The notes under the pieces: model-generated
What the model was told of the DNA's origin: nothing
Database searches by the model: none
What the model saw: only the letters and a program-made list of their open reading frames with translations
Made by a program: the position numbers and the translations under genes
Source: Octopus vulgaris
Taxonomy: Eukaryota
Direction of reading: 5' to 3'
DNA: 64,000 nucleotides
Assembly (NCBI GenBank): GCA_951406725.2
Contig: OX597821.1
Span: 67,766,001 to 67,830,000 of the forward strand
Part shown: positions 42,768 through 54,939 of the stretch, in pieces
How the letters are laid out: each line of letters starts with the position of its first letter
Numbering within the stretch: position 1 is the first letter of the stretch

Positions 42768-43075
42768 GGCTCAGGCAAGGCTTAACTCGATAGCTTCACC
42801 TGGCGAAGTCATTCAAATCAGAATTCGGACAGCATGGCCCACTCAAGCAAAGAGAAAGTGTTTACGGTGACATATCCGGGAGTAGGTTTATCCGAGATTT
42901 CTTGAAGGAATTTGTCCAAGGACTTCTTGAACTTTATGGGGTCTGTTTCTGCTTTAATGTGTTTTAGTGTAGTGTTAAATAGAGCGGGGCCAATTGAGAT
43001 GGAATAATTGTACCGTATGAGATGCGAGTGTGATTTTTGTTGTGGGCGGATAGCACGGGATGGAATCCTTGGGGA
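42765..43075 (-). mobile_element. 3' end of a CR1-group LINE
   Basis: Minus strand: SIGPALFNTTLKHIK..FKKSLDKFLQEISDKPTPGY..SLLEW*. Confidence 0.75.
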
Positions 43076-43090
43076 TAGATAGATAGATAA

Positions 43091-43127
<37 letters not shown>

Positions 43128-43139
43128 AGACAGATAGAC

Positions 43140-43220
<81 letters not shown>

Positions 43221-43221
<1 letters not shown>

Positions 43222-43547
43222 GTTTCTTTATTGGTCACACAGGGCTGCACAAAGATGGGACAAGTGACAAGGTAGAGCTTTTCTTTTGGGGGATGAAAAA
43301 AAAAAAAGGGGGTGTCGTAGGTTTTCGATCAAGAGGGATCGTAAAAGGGAAGAAAAGAACAAAAAAAAAGTTAAAAAAGTAAATAAATAAATAAAATAAA
43401 AAATAAAAAGAATAAAAAGAAAAAAAAGAAAAGGAAAAGGAACAAAAGAAAAGAGAAATGAAAAAAGAAGAAAAAAGGGGAAAAAAAGGGGGAAGAGGAA
43501 AAAAAAAGAACGATCAATAGGGATCGTGTTGAAAAAAAGAACGATCA

Positions 43548-43550
<3 letters not shown>
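43221..43550 (-). mobile_element. Probable LINE 3' UTR fragment (L1/Tx1-like, by inference) embedded in (GATA)n
   Basis: T-rich sense strand ending ttgtcccatctttgtgcagccctgtgtgaccAATAAAgaaac; resembles the young SINE-A tail. Confidence 0.5.
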
Positions 43551-43600
<50 letters not shown>

Positions 43601-44309
43601 CTGACATCCAGGCAAGAAGCGAGGCAGGCAGGCTGGCAAATAGATAGACAGACAGAAAGACAGACATATGAATAGATAGACAGAAAGAAAGATAAATACA
43701 CAGACAGATAGAGAGAAAGAGAGAGAGAGAGAGAGGGAGGGAGATTATCTCCGGGCGGACACCGCAGTAAATAATGTATTTCCTTTAAGTTTCAGATATT
43801 AATGGCTATTTTAATCCAACACTTCGGTAGCACACAACGGATGCACGTTTCTGAGCGTTTGTGATTGTGCGTGCGTGTGAGTGTGTGTGTGTGTGCGCGC
43901 GCATGTGTGTGTGCGCGCGCATGTGTGTGTTTTTCGTGTGTTTGTGTGTGTGTTGAATGTTGATTTGTGTTGAGCGCATGCGTGAGATGTACTCATCATT
44001 TGTAGTATCTGCGATTTATTCAAACTGATTTTTTTCTCGCTATTCCAGTACCAGCTGAAAGCTACGTAATTTACTGAAGGACCTGGAGTTTCGTGCATGG
44101 AATATGTGTTAGGAATACCTTACTGATTACAAATCAATAACTTCGCACCGTTGCCTTTCATACATAAGGTGTCAATGTGTGTCTGCTTAAATAAACCTTT
44201 AACTCCATACCTCTCTGTCTGCTTACGAATTATAACATGCCAGCTGTGAGCAAAACTGATCCCTATATGAACTCTACAGTTAACATCTGATTATTCTGAT
44301 AGAGTTTGT

Positions 44310-45281
44310 TATTTCTTTATTGCCCATAAGGGGCTAAACCTAGAGGGTACAAACAAGGACAGGTAAATGGATTAAGTCGATTACATCGACCCCAGTGCGT
44401 AACTAGTACTTAATTTATCGACCTCGAAAGGATGAATGGCAAAGTCGACCTCGGTGGAATTTGAACTCAGAACGTAGCGTCAGACGAAATACCTATTTCT
44501 TTACTACCCACAAGGGGCTAAACACAGAGAGGACAAACAAGGACAGACAAACGGATAAGTCGATTATATCGACCCCAGTGCGTAACTGTTACTTATTTAA
44601 TCGACCCCGAAAGGATGAAAGGCAAAGTCGACCTCGGCGGAATTTGAACTCAGAACGTAGCGGCAGACGAAATGCCTATTTCTTTACTACCCACAAGGGG
44701 CTAAACACAGAGAGGACAAACAAGGACAGACAAACGGATAAGTCGATTATATCGACCCCAGTGCGTAACTGGTACTTATTTAATCGACCCCGAAAGGATG
44801 AAAGGCAAAGTCGACCTCGGCGGAATTTGAACTCAGAACGTAGCGGCAGACGAAATACCGTTAAACATTTTGCCCGGTGTGCTAACGTTTTTTATTTCTT
44901 TATTGCCCACAAGGGGCTAAACATATAGGGGACTGATAATAACAGACAAAGGAAGTCGATTGCACGACCACAGTGCGGAACTGGTACTTATTTAATCGAC
45001 CCCGAAAGGATGAAAGGCAAAGTCGACCTCGTCGGAATTTGAACTCAGAACGTTGCGGCAGATGAAATACGTATTTCTTTACTACCCACAAGGAACTAAA
45101 CACAGAGAGGACAAACACGGACAGACAAACGGATTAAGTCGATTACATCGACCCCAGTGCGTAAGTGGTAACTTAATTTATCGAGCCCGAAAGGATGAAA
45201 TTTGAACTCACAAAGCAACGGCAGACGAAATACGGCTACGCATTTCGCCCGGCGTGCTAATGATTCTGCCAGCTCGCCGCC
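44310..45281 (-). mobile_element. Five-unit tandem SINE-A array inside a single TSD
   Basis: Units 44310-44493, 44494-44676, 44677-44892, 44893-45071, 45072-45281; TSD ttctgatagagttt (44294-44307 / 45282-45295). Confidence 0.93.
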
Positions 45282-45898
45282 TTCTGATAGAGTTTATGTT
45301 TTTCATAAGATATCATTTCTACAAATTTGGAAAGAACAAGAGAGGTTAGTTGCCCGTTATTTTTTTTTTTTAATCATTTATGACAGTCTTCTTATTATCT
45401 TCATACCTTTTCTTCTATCTTATAAACGTTCGAGTAGATTTTGAGAAAGATTTGGTTGTTATATCTAGCAGGACGAGTTAGCGTGAGGAGTTTCTCTTAA
45501 AAACGCCGGTAAAACCTTATCAATCAAAGGCATTCTAGCCGTGTCCGACACGTCTTTCCAGGCGCAATTCATTTTGAACAATATTATGCGATATATACTG
45601 TCTGTTCTTTTAAAAATATTAATTTATATGATAGAGTACGATATGCAAGATATTTAACTGTCATTTCTAGCAGCGTACCAACCACATAGAGCATCTCTTA
45701 TTACTTTTAGCTCAATCGTTGCCAAACATTCTAGGAATGAAATTGATCGCTGAACACGCACCAGGTTAACAGAACGTTAGTCGCCATATTCTGTATTAAT
45801 ACAAAGCAGCAAACATGAAATTGTAGAAATATCTAATTTCTTTGTCTGTCTTTTGTTGTTGTTGTTGTTGTTGTTGCTACTTCTGCTGTTGTTGTTTG

Positions 45899-45929
<31 letters not shown>

Positions 45930-46621
45930 CCTGTACGTTTATTGTGTTGTTGTTACCGTTGTTGTTACCGCTGCTGCTGTTTGGCTTTTGTCTTCCATTT
46001 GATACCTTGCTCTTCAGAAAAGCGGTATTTATTATATTATATTATGTTATATCCATTGAAGAATATGACTAAACGTTGAAATACCTTTAATTCCTACTGC
46101 ACGACTCTGGGAGACCTCGTAGCTATCAACAAAACAAGACACTCCTACTGCTGCGAACAAACGGCAAAACCGATAATGATCAATCTGCAAGTGACTTTTG
46201 AGCACCACACCACGTGAAAGGACACGACTTCCATATAGACGTCCAAATATCCATCCAGACTTAACTTGCTGCGAATATTTATACTGGCAAATATTTGAAG
46301 TATAGCATTCCCAAAGCAGTGCTGTTTATTCCTTTTGTTCAGCTAGAGATATGCTGCTATGTTGCGTTCTACAGTAACTTATAACCAATATTAAATGAAA
46401 TTCTAAAGTTTCTTAAAACTAAATCGCCTTTGAAGATAACGCTGGCTGCAGATTGGTAGCTTTTCTCACAGAGCGAAAATCTCTGCGTAGCGACAGGGTG
46501 AATGATCAGCTTCCAATGAACATATATACAGACACGTATATATTCATGCATACATACATACATATATATATACATTTATATATATCCACACACACGCATG
46601 CACACACATATATATGTATAC

Positions 46622-46663
<42 letters not shown>

Positions 46664-47269
46664 TATATATATGTATACATATATATATATATATATATAT
46701 ACATATATATAACCATGTAAAAACATACATATGCAACATATTTATACATATACACTAACACATACGCATTCTCATAGGTACATATACATAAGTATGTATT
46801 CTAATGAATAAATAAATATAACAAAGGAGCAGCAGTTACGTAATAACTGCCATTGGCATACAGATGTTTCCGCTATATTATTTGCTCCTCCCTCCCTCTG
46901 CACTCTGCTTCTCCTTTATTACTTCTCAGTCCTCCTCCTCACGTAGTTCTTCTCTGTCTCTGACTACTACCATTTCATTTTAACAGTAAGACAAATAAAG
47001 AGTGTATTTCTCTCCGCCAAATAATATATGTCTGTGGCTTAAATATATTTTCTCTTTAAGCCGTAAACATTGCATCTTTTGAACTCTTTGTATCATTATT
47101 TGCCGAGAGAAAATGTCACACGTTTCCTCACTTTTAATATATATTTTATCGACTACTGAATGATGGAAAGCTATGTCGATTTTGGGGGTATTTGAACTCT
47201 TCAAATATCAAACTAATATTGATTCCTTGCATAGGCAAAACTTTGGGGGAAAGAATAGAAGTTGAAATT

Positions 47270-47590
47270 TGACTGGCACTTTATTTTATCAACTACAGAA
47301 GGATGAAAGGCAAAGTCGATTTCGGCCGGATTTGAACTCAAAACGTAAACATCAGTGACTTAATATTAGAAGACATTTTGGCTGTGAAGTCCCAGAGTCG
47401 TTAGTACGCCGGGCGAAATGCTTACCAGCATTCCGTCCGTGTTTGAGTTCGCATATCGCCGAGGTCGATTTTGCCCTTCATCTTTTCAGGGTCGCAAAAA
47501 AAAAACAGTAGTTGAGCACTGGGATGGAAGTAATCGACTTACCCACTTCCACGAAACTGCGGGCCTTGTGTCAAAATTTACACAATATTA
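47270..47590. mobile_element. Two old SINE-A copies in divergent orientation
   Basis: Minus copy aggatgaaaggcaaagtcga..tttgaactca; plus copy gttagtacgccgggcgaaatgc..gaggtcgattttgcc. Confidence 0.7.
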
Positions 47591-48499
47591 CAAGATATGT
47601 ACGCTACGTTTTTTCCGATCTTCTACCGATTATGCAAAGAAAAATTATTGACTACTAACATAGATATAAAGTCATATAACTGAGAGTGGGGTATAGTTCA
47701 CTATAACAATTCCTGTGCTTGTCTGTTTATTTTATTGATCCCTGAAGGATGGAAGTTAAAGCTGACCTCAGAACGTAAAATGCTATCACTAAATACCGTA
47801 AGGTATTTTGTCAAATACTCCAAGGATGCTGTCAGAAAATTATATTAAGCATTGGCTAATTCAGTTTTTGCCCACTGTGTATTTAACAGAAAGCGTTTTA
47901 AAAATTCATATAGTAGATATATAAACATTTACTTCTGAATTTACTGTTTTTGCAGATTACAATCAATGTTTTATTAAATGTTGTATTCTTAATAATACAT
48001 AGCAAGAGAAAGATATCAAACGACTCAATGTTCATAAAATATACCATTAGAAAACAAACAGAACCAATAGCCAGTATACATTAAGATACACCTCCATCAA
48101 AGGGGCAAAGCCTAAGCAGATAATTTTTGGAGGAAGGGCTCCTCAGGTCATGTTGGATATGAGTTTCAGCATTTGAAAGGTTCCTCTCTAAGGCGCCGTC
48201 CTGTGAAGGTATTCTTGATGGATGACCAGCAGATTCCCTTGCATGTGTAGTGGTTATGTATGTATCATTGTGAACAGATGCAAAAGGAATGCGTATGCTA
48301 TTGAAGTAAACAAATGAGTGAATCGATTCATAGTTAGAAATAATTTATTCACTGGACTTAATTTGTCGTTGGTATACATAATTCTTCACTACATGCAAAA
48401 TGTTGACAACTACTGCGAGTTGCTAGAAATAAAAACAAGGTACATCTGTGGAAGTAATGTGTCAGAAATCAATGTTTGTGTGCGTGTGTGCGTAGTTCA

Positions 48500-48890
48500 T
48501 CTGAGATTAGTGGTCTACCGTGGAACATTTCTCTCGGGTCTCTACGGTCATTGAAAACCTGTCGTTCGACCTTTCTCGTTGCTTTCTAGGCCTTCCTCCT
48601 CTCCTTTGTCTGTTGACCACCGTATTTATAATAACCGTGGCACCTAGAAGGACAGACATACTGTAGCAGATTTTGTACCTTAATAGATCAGCTCCTGTCC
48701 ATTTTGAACTTCAGCTGACATGGCTGAGGTCGTAGGTCAAAGGGAGATGCTTAATCACTTTTTGACAGGACAAAGAAAACCTTTTTTCGCGCCTGTTGAT
48801 CGCGCCTGTTGGACGACCGAGAATTCTTCTTAGGCTTGGAGAAGGAAGTGTTAATTTTTACACATGCTTATTACACCCTTTTCATGCAAT
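48500..48890 (-). pseudogene. Highly degraded RTE-like LINE C-terminal fragment
   Basis: Minus-strand remnants LRRILG, L(S)HV, and RRGRPRK in RTE order. Confidence 0.4.
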
Positions 48891-48925
48891 CGATGTTGTC
48901 CAAGGGAAGGACAAAGAGTTATATA

Positions 48926-49115
48926 TATTTCTTTATTGCCCACAAGGAGCTAAACATAGAGGGAACAAGCAGAGACAGACAAAGGGATAAAGTCAATTAC
49001 ATCGACCCCAGTGCGGGACTGGTACTTTATTTATAGACCCCGAAAGGATGAAAGGCAAAGTCAACCTCGGCGGAATTTTCACCCGGCGCGCTACCGTTTC
49101 TGCCAGCTCACCGCC
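48926..49115 (-). mobile_element. SINE-A copy with an internal deletion
   Basis: 16-bp TSD gacaaagagttatata / gacaaggagctatata. Confidence 0.88.
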
Positions 49116-50512
49116 TTTTGACAAGGAGCTATATAGCTTGGCACCAGTGCTGTCGCCCTCAAATGGGACACAACGGAAAAAATAAAACAAGGCATCTCAT
49201 CCGTCCCTAAAGCAGTTCTGATCTTGCTGGGTTCATTTTTTATCGATCCTGAAAATATGAAAAGCAAATTCTGAATCGGCGAGATTCTTACACTGCATCG
49301 CCATTGCGTTTCTTTTCGACAAACTTCATACTTCAGACTCTAGACATTTCCTTACGCGTATTTAATCAAATATTTATCAGAAGTTTTTCGCATAAAAGAT
49401 TCTTTGAGTTGCTTCTGTATTATCGATATGGTAAATTTTCTTCAATACCGAATAGTCAGAGGTTATCTGATCGATTATTTCATACAATGATCAGAATTTA
49501 TCGATGACTGCTTTGGGCATCAATAAATCTTTACACAGGGCATTACGGACGAAACAATAAAACTGTTTTTGGTTGGAGTCGGTCGAGACGGTTGACATAT
49601 CTTACTAATATTTTGTTTTTGTTATCTGTTTTATTTCTGTTTTATTTTTTCCTTCCAAATATAATCTATGTTTTTAATTATACCACGACCTTAAATGTAT
49701 TACGGTAGAATAAATGCCACAGAGACAAGCTTGCAGATTTTAATGCTAAAAGAAGGAAGAAAATTAGCATCCTTGTGAAAAAGTTTGATGCAATGCCCAG
49801 TGATATTTTGTCTCGAATTTCTGCGTTTTCAATTCAAATACTATTAAGGTCAACATCATTCCAGAGCTGTAGCTTGGTGACATGTTAGAGGATGATACAA
49901 AATGCTTTGCTGGATCTTATCTGTTGCTTTGAGTTATGGCAGTAACGTTTGAACGACATTGGTAACAGCATTGGTATCAGTAAAATTTTCCTAGGATAAA
50001 CTTCGGTCGCTTGACAAGCGCAGACATAGGAAAGCGCCAGTCTTGTGCAAAAACATTTTGCCTGGACCTGAAAATGCATATTCAGGGGAATGGTCAACCA
50101 TCCCAGATGACGATCGTAACGTGAAGAATGCGTCACACGTAACCAAATTAAATGACCCAAATAGTATTACCTTAACAAACCTTATAACAATTACATACAG
50201 TGCCACAGTGGCACTCTTTTATAAAAGACATGTGGTAGACCATACATGATTAACACGATCAACCAGTAAAGAGTCCCTTAGCTAAAAATATTGAAGCAAC
50301 CTGATGTGAACATCCAATAGTTTAATTAAATTGCGGTAGACATTTTTAATTATCTAATCTTCCTTTGTTTATCGATGCTTTATATGGAGTGCTGTCACGT
50401 GAGAAATTGAATTCAGTATACTGGAAATGTGTGTGTGTATGTTTGTGTGCGTGCGCGCGCTGTAAAACATGCATATATATATATATATATATAGATAGAT
50501 AGATAGATAGAT

Positions 50513-50558
<46 letters not shown>

Positions 50559-50722
50559 GGCATCATCTGATGAAGCATTCAATGCGATAGATAGGGTAAA
50601 TGGGTATATATATATTATAACACAACATGACTCCAATCTGAGATTCGACCTTAGCTGCTGCCAAGTTCAAAGCAGATAGGCATTACTGATAAACCATCCC
50701 CACACAAATACACACTAAAACA

Positions 50723-50784
<62 letters not shown>

Positions 50785-50903
50785 TATATGCAAAACCGAA
50801 TATATATAAGCATCTATGTATATACATATATATATATATATATGCATTCCGTTGAAAGAATGTGTGTATATGTTTTGTTTGTAATAAAGGGTGAGGCGTC
50901 TTC

Positions 50904-50942
<39 letters not shown>

Positions 50943-51474
50943 ATCTTTTAATGTTGTTGCATTTTTATCTAACCTCACATCTTACTGTTGCCCTCTCAAC
51001 ACTTAGCACTACAGTTTGGCGTTTGTACAATTTCAAGAATGTTCTAAGGTTACAGTGAGACGTGTTAAGTATGTCACCGACATCAGTGTCACAAATAAAA
51101 AATTAGGGTTTTCGGAATAACAAATGTCGCTTATGTTTGTTTATCTCTGGAGTCACACTTGTTCTGAATACATATGTCAAAATATATATCCTACAAAAAT
51201 CTCTGACTGCAAGAAATACTTAGGGATTACCAAAACCATGTTACAAAAAGAACGACAATAAATATAACGAATAAACAGCAAAACTCACACGCTACGATAA
51301 CGACACCAACAACAACAAACACAACACCAATGACAACGCCAGCGACAATAAAAATAACGACCCATCGGCGGAATCTCTATGCCATCGCTCGACTTAATGG
51401 AATTAGAAACCAAATCTCGTTCAAATCACATATGTCCTGAAAAGTGGATGGTATGGTATTTGAATGGTTGCGTT

Positions 51475-51790
51475 GTTATCAAGCTTGTTTTGCAACCACC
51501 TGGTTCTAGGTTCAGTCCCATTGCGCGCTACCATGAGCAAGTGTCTTCGGCTATAGTTCCGGCGTAGCCAAAGCTAGGTGAGTGTATTTGATAGATGAAA
51601 ACTGTGGAAGAGAGTGGCATATGTGTGTGTGTTTGTGCGCGTGTGTGTGTGGTGTGTCTCCACTAAATCCTGGCAACCGATGTTAGTTTCTTTATGTCCT
51701 CCAGATCTAGCGGTTCGGTATAAAATGTTCGACTAAAACCATTCAAGGATGGCCGCAGTCCAATCACTGAAACAAGTAAAAGATACAAGG
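51475..51790 (+). mobile_element. Degraded SINE-B copy
   Basis: aagcttgttttgcaaccac..ggttcagtccca..gcaagtgtcttc..atggccgcagtc..ctgaaacaagtaaaaga. Confidence 0.75.
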
Positions 51791-52217
51791 TAAGAATATA
51801 TAACTGAATGAATAAATTGAAACAGCTGTAGTTTGAATGCCTTGACATAAGACATTTACCTCTAGTTTTCACAGTAATAAAAAGAAGGTAAATAAATCGA
51901 AGTAGTTTACAATTACAATAATGGTTTAAGATTTTTTGAAAGAATTGGTTTAGATAGTCCTGTTGGAAGCATTAGCTGGCAAACATGAAAAATAGGACTC
52001 AAAATATAAGTATATATATATTTTAATTGATATTTGCCATAAGCAACATCGTGTCTGAAGGTCCGAGAGTTTTGTGCGTTGGCACTTATCAAAAATAATA
52101 CATACATGCATGCATACATACATACATACATACATACATACATACATACATACATAAATACATACATACCTGCATACATACATACATAAATACATACATA
52201 CATGGGTGTGTGTGTGT

Positions 52218-52531
52218 GTGGAGGTGCAATGTCCCAGTGATTAGGGCAGCGGACTCGCGATCGTAGGATCGCGGTTTCTATTCCCAGACGGGCGTTGTGA
52301 GTATTTATTGCACGAAAACACCTAAAGCTCCACGAGGCTCCGGCAGGGGGGGGGGGGGGGTGCCGATCCCTGCTGTACTCTTTCGCCGCAACTTTCTCTT
52401 ACTCTTTCTCCTCTTGGCCTGCTCGCTTAGCCAGTGGGGTGGCGCTATTTAAAGGCTAAAACATTGCGAAACGCATTGCGACCAGCGATGTGTAGCAACA
52501 TCTGATAGCCTGGTCGGTTACGTGATCACGT

Positions 52532-52533
<2 letters not shown>
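52218..52533 (+). mobile_element. SINE-C variant with an alternative 3' half
   Basis: Head and body match SINE-C up to actttctcttactcttt, followed by an unrelated tail ending cgtgatcacgtgg(TA)n. Confidence 0.8.
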
Positions 52534-52590
<57 letters not shown>

Positions 52591-52895
52591 TCTCTAGTTT
52601 CATCTCGGAGCTGTGGCCATGCTGATGCACCGCCGTTTTGCTACACTGTTATTACTAAGAGCCTCCTCTAATATGTGGCACTTGGTGAAGCATGGAGTTT
52701 GATATAGCTACCCTCATTTGCACCTCTTGCCATGAGGTAGGTTCATCTGGGACTCTCGACAGGGAGAGGTCCAGCTTTTATTTAAAATCTCCTATATCTA
52801 CTTTGTACAATTTCCTCAGACTCGTTGGGAGAATATTAAAATCTGTGGGCCCTTGAAACCCAGGCTGTTGCAGTAACCGGTCCTGAAGCGTGATG

Positions 52896-52897
<2 letters not shown>
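52591..52897 (-). mobile_element. 3' end of a CR1-group LINE sharing its tail with SINE-B
   Basis: Minus strand: NSLGFKGPQ..LRKLYKVDIGDFK*KLDLSLSRVPDEP..SNSMLHQ, then ggcggtgcatcagcatggccacag..tgaaac. Confidence 0.78.
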
Positions 52898-52939
<42 letters not shown>

Positions 52940-52940
<1 letters not shown>

Positions 52941-53290
52941 TGTCTACAATGTTGAATACCCGAAGATTTTAGCTGCCACAGCGCTTATAAATAACTTATG
53001 CATTAAATTAATTTACTTAATACATGAAGCTGTAGTTAACGTCAGTTATGCTTATTATACAGCCTCAGTATGGACCGTGAAAGAGTGATCCACTGAGCGA
53101 TACCGTTTCCGGTATATTATAACTTCCTCAGCAGTCGAATATACTACAATGTACAATTACTGTGAAGTTGAATTCAAAGATACTTTTCAGACACTTATAA
53201 CTAAATCAGACTGATTCATTTGAATACTAGACACATTTTCGGTGAATAGTTCCGCTAAGAAAATTACTGACAGTCAGTTAACAGTCTTTA
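52940..53290 (-). mobile_element. Probable Penelope-like pseudo-LTR fragment with a degenerate hammerhead (53090-53137)
   Basis: cgactg-CTGAGGA-agttat(aat)atacc-g-GAAAC-ggtatc-gct-cagtgg; lies next to (TA)n. Confidence 0.55.
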
Positions 53291-53359
53291 CTTGCCAAAC
53301 TGAAATGCACTATGAGGCATACTGCACACATACACACACACACACACACATACATACAT

Positions 53360-53433
<74 letters not shown>

Positions 53434-53607
53434 ACATATATATATGTATGTATGTATATACATCTTTATGTATTGTGTATGTATAATGTGTACATACATA
53501 TATGTGTGTGTGTGAGTGTGTTCGTAAATATTTGTCTGGGTGTGCATACATACATACATATATCTAAATGTAAATGCATTCATAAAAATATACACATATG
53601 CATATAC

Positions 53608-53662
<55 letters not shown>

Positions 53663-53758
53663 GGGAGAGAGAGAAAGAAAGAAAGAAAGGCCAACAGAAA
53701 GAAAGAAAGAAGGCCAACAGAGAGATAGATAGAAATAGATAGATAGATAGTCCAACAG

Positions 53759-53789
<31 letters not shown>

Positions 53790-54241
53790 GAATTATGCAA
53801 ATATCAGCGCATTCTCCAGTTTACTGCTGAGTTCAAATATTTCACCTCCACTGCTAGAATCCGAAATGTTAAACTGACATTAATAAGCACACAGATAATA
53901 ACACATTAAAATATTCCGATGCAGAATAATGAAAAGCACGACATACTAACATATGAGATGTGTCAAATACTTTATTAAAAACACATTAAAATAAAATGAA
54001 ATCGAATTTGTGCCATTAACGAAAGTTAGGTATTTGACACTTTGAACCATTGCTGTTATTAGTCCTATTACTGCTGACACTTTCGTCATGCATGCGATAA
54101 GGTTGAATGATTAAGTCTGTCTGCTGATGGTCCGTGTGTGCAGAATTACTAACTCTGTTATGTTTCATATTATAACAGAATATCTAATTGCGCAGCTATC
54201 GCTTCATTTTACTCAGGCTGATAGCTAGCAGACTGAGTAAA

Positions 54242-54306
<65 letters not shown>

Positions 54307-54639
54307 AGGTAATTCAAAACGAGTGGTCCGCCGTTACAGGGCGTACCTACCTCGACATGCCTTCCATTTTGCTATTGACCACGTTAGAAGAAGCGTTATC
54401 CGTCTTCACTATGACATAAACACGTACGCGATTACCTCAATCGGCATCTTTAAGAACGCTTGATTAACAGTGTTGGGCGAATCATTTGCCATTAATGGTC
54501 TGGTCTCTCAGGTCCTCAGACCTAACGCCTTGCGAATTTTTCATTTGAGGACATCTGAAAGACGAGGTGTTCATATCCCCTCTTCCACAGGATTTACAGA
54601 AATTAAAGTAGCCCTATTTAATTTACAGAAATTAAATAG

Positions 54640-54870
54640 GGCGGCAAACTGGCAGAAACGTTAGCACGCCGGGCGAAATACTTAGCGGTATTTCGTGTGC
54701 CGCTACGTTCTGAGTCTAAATTCTGCCGAGGTCGACTTTGCCTTTCATCCTTTCGGGGTCGATTAAATAAGTACCAGATACGCACTGGGGTTGATATAAT
54801 CGACTTAATCCGTTTTTCTGTCCTTGTTTGTCCCCTCTGTGTTTAGCCCCTTGTGGACAATAAAGAAATA
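54640..54870 (+). mobile_element. SINE-A copy
   Basis: 15-bp TSD agaaattaaagtagc (54598-54612 / 54871-54885). Confidence 0.92.
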
Positions 54871-54939
54871 AGAAATTAAAGTAGCAGGTAGGCGACGCGG
54901 TCGGCACAATTGAACAAGCTATGTTGGCACGGGTTTGAT

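Noticed and set aside
44020-44160. Possible host exon after a polypyrimidine-AG
   Set aside because: Stops in all three frames shortly after the putative acceptor
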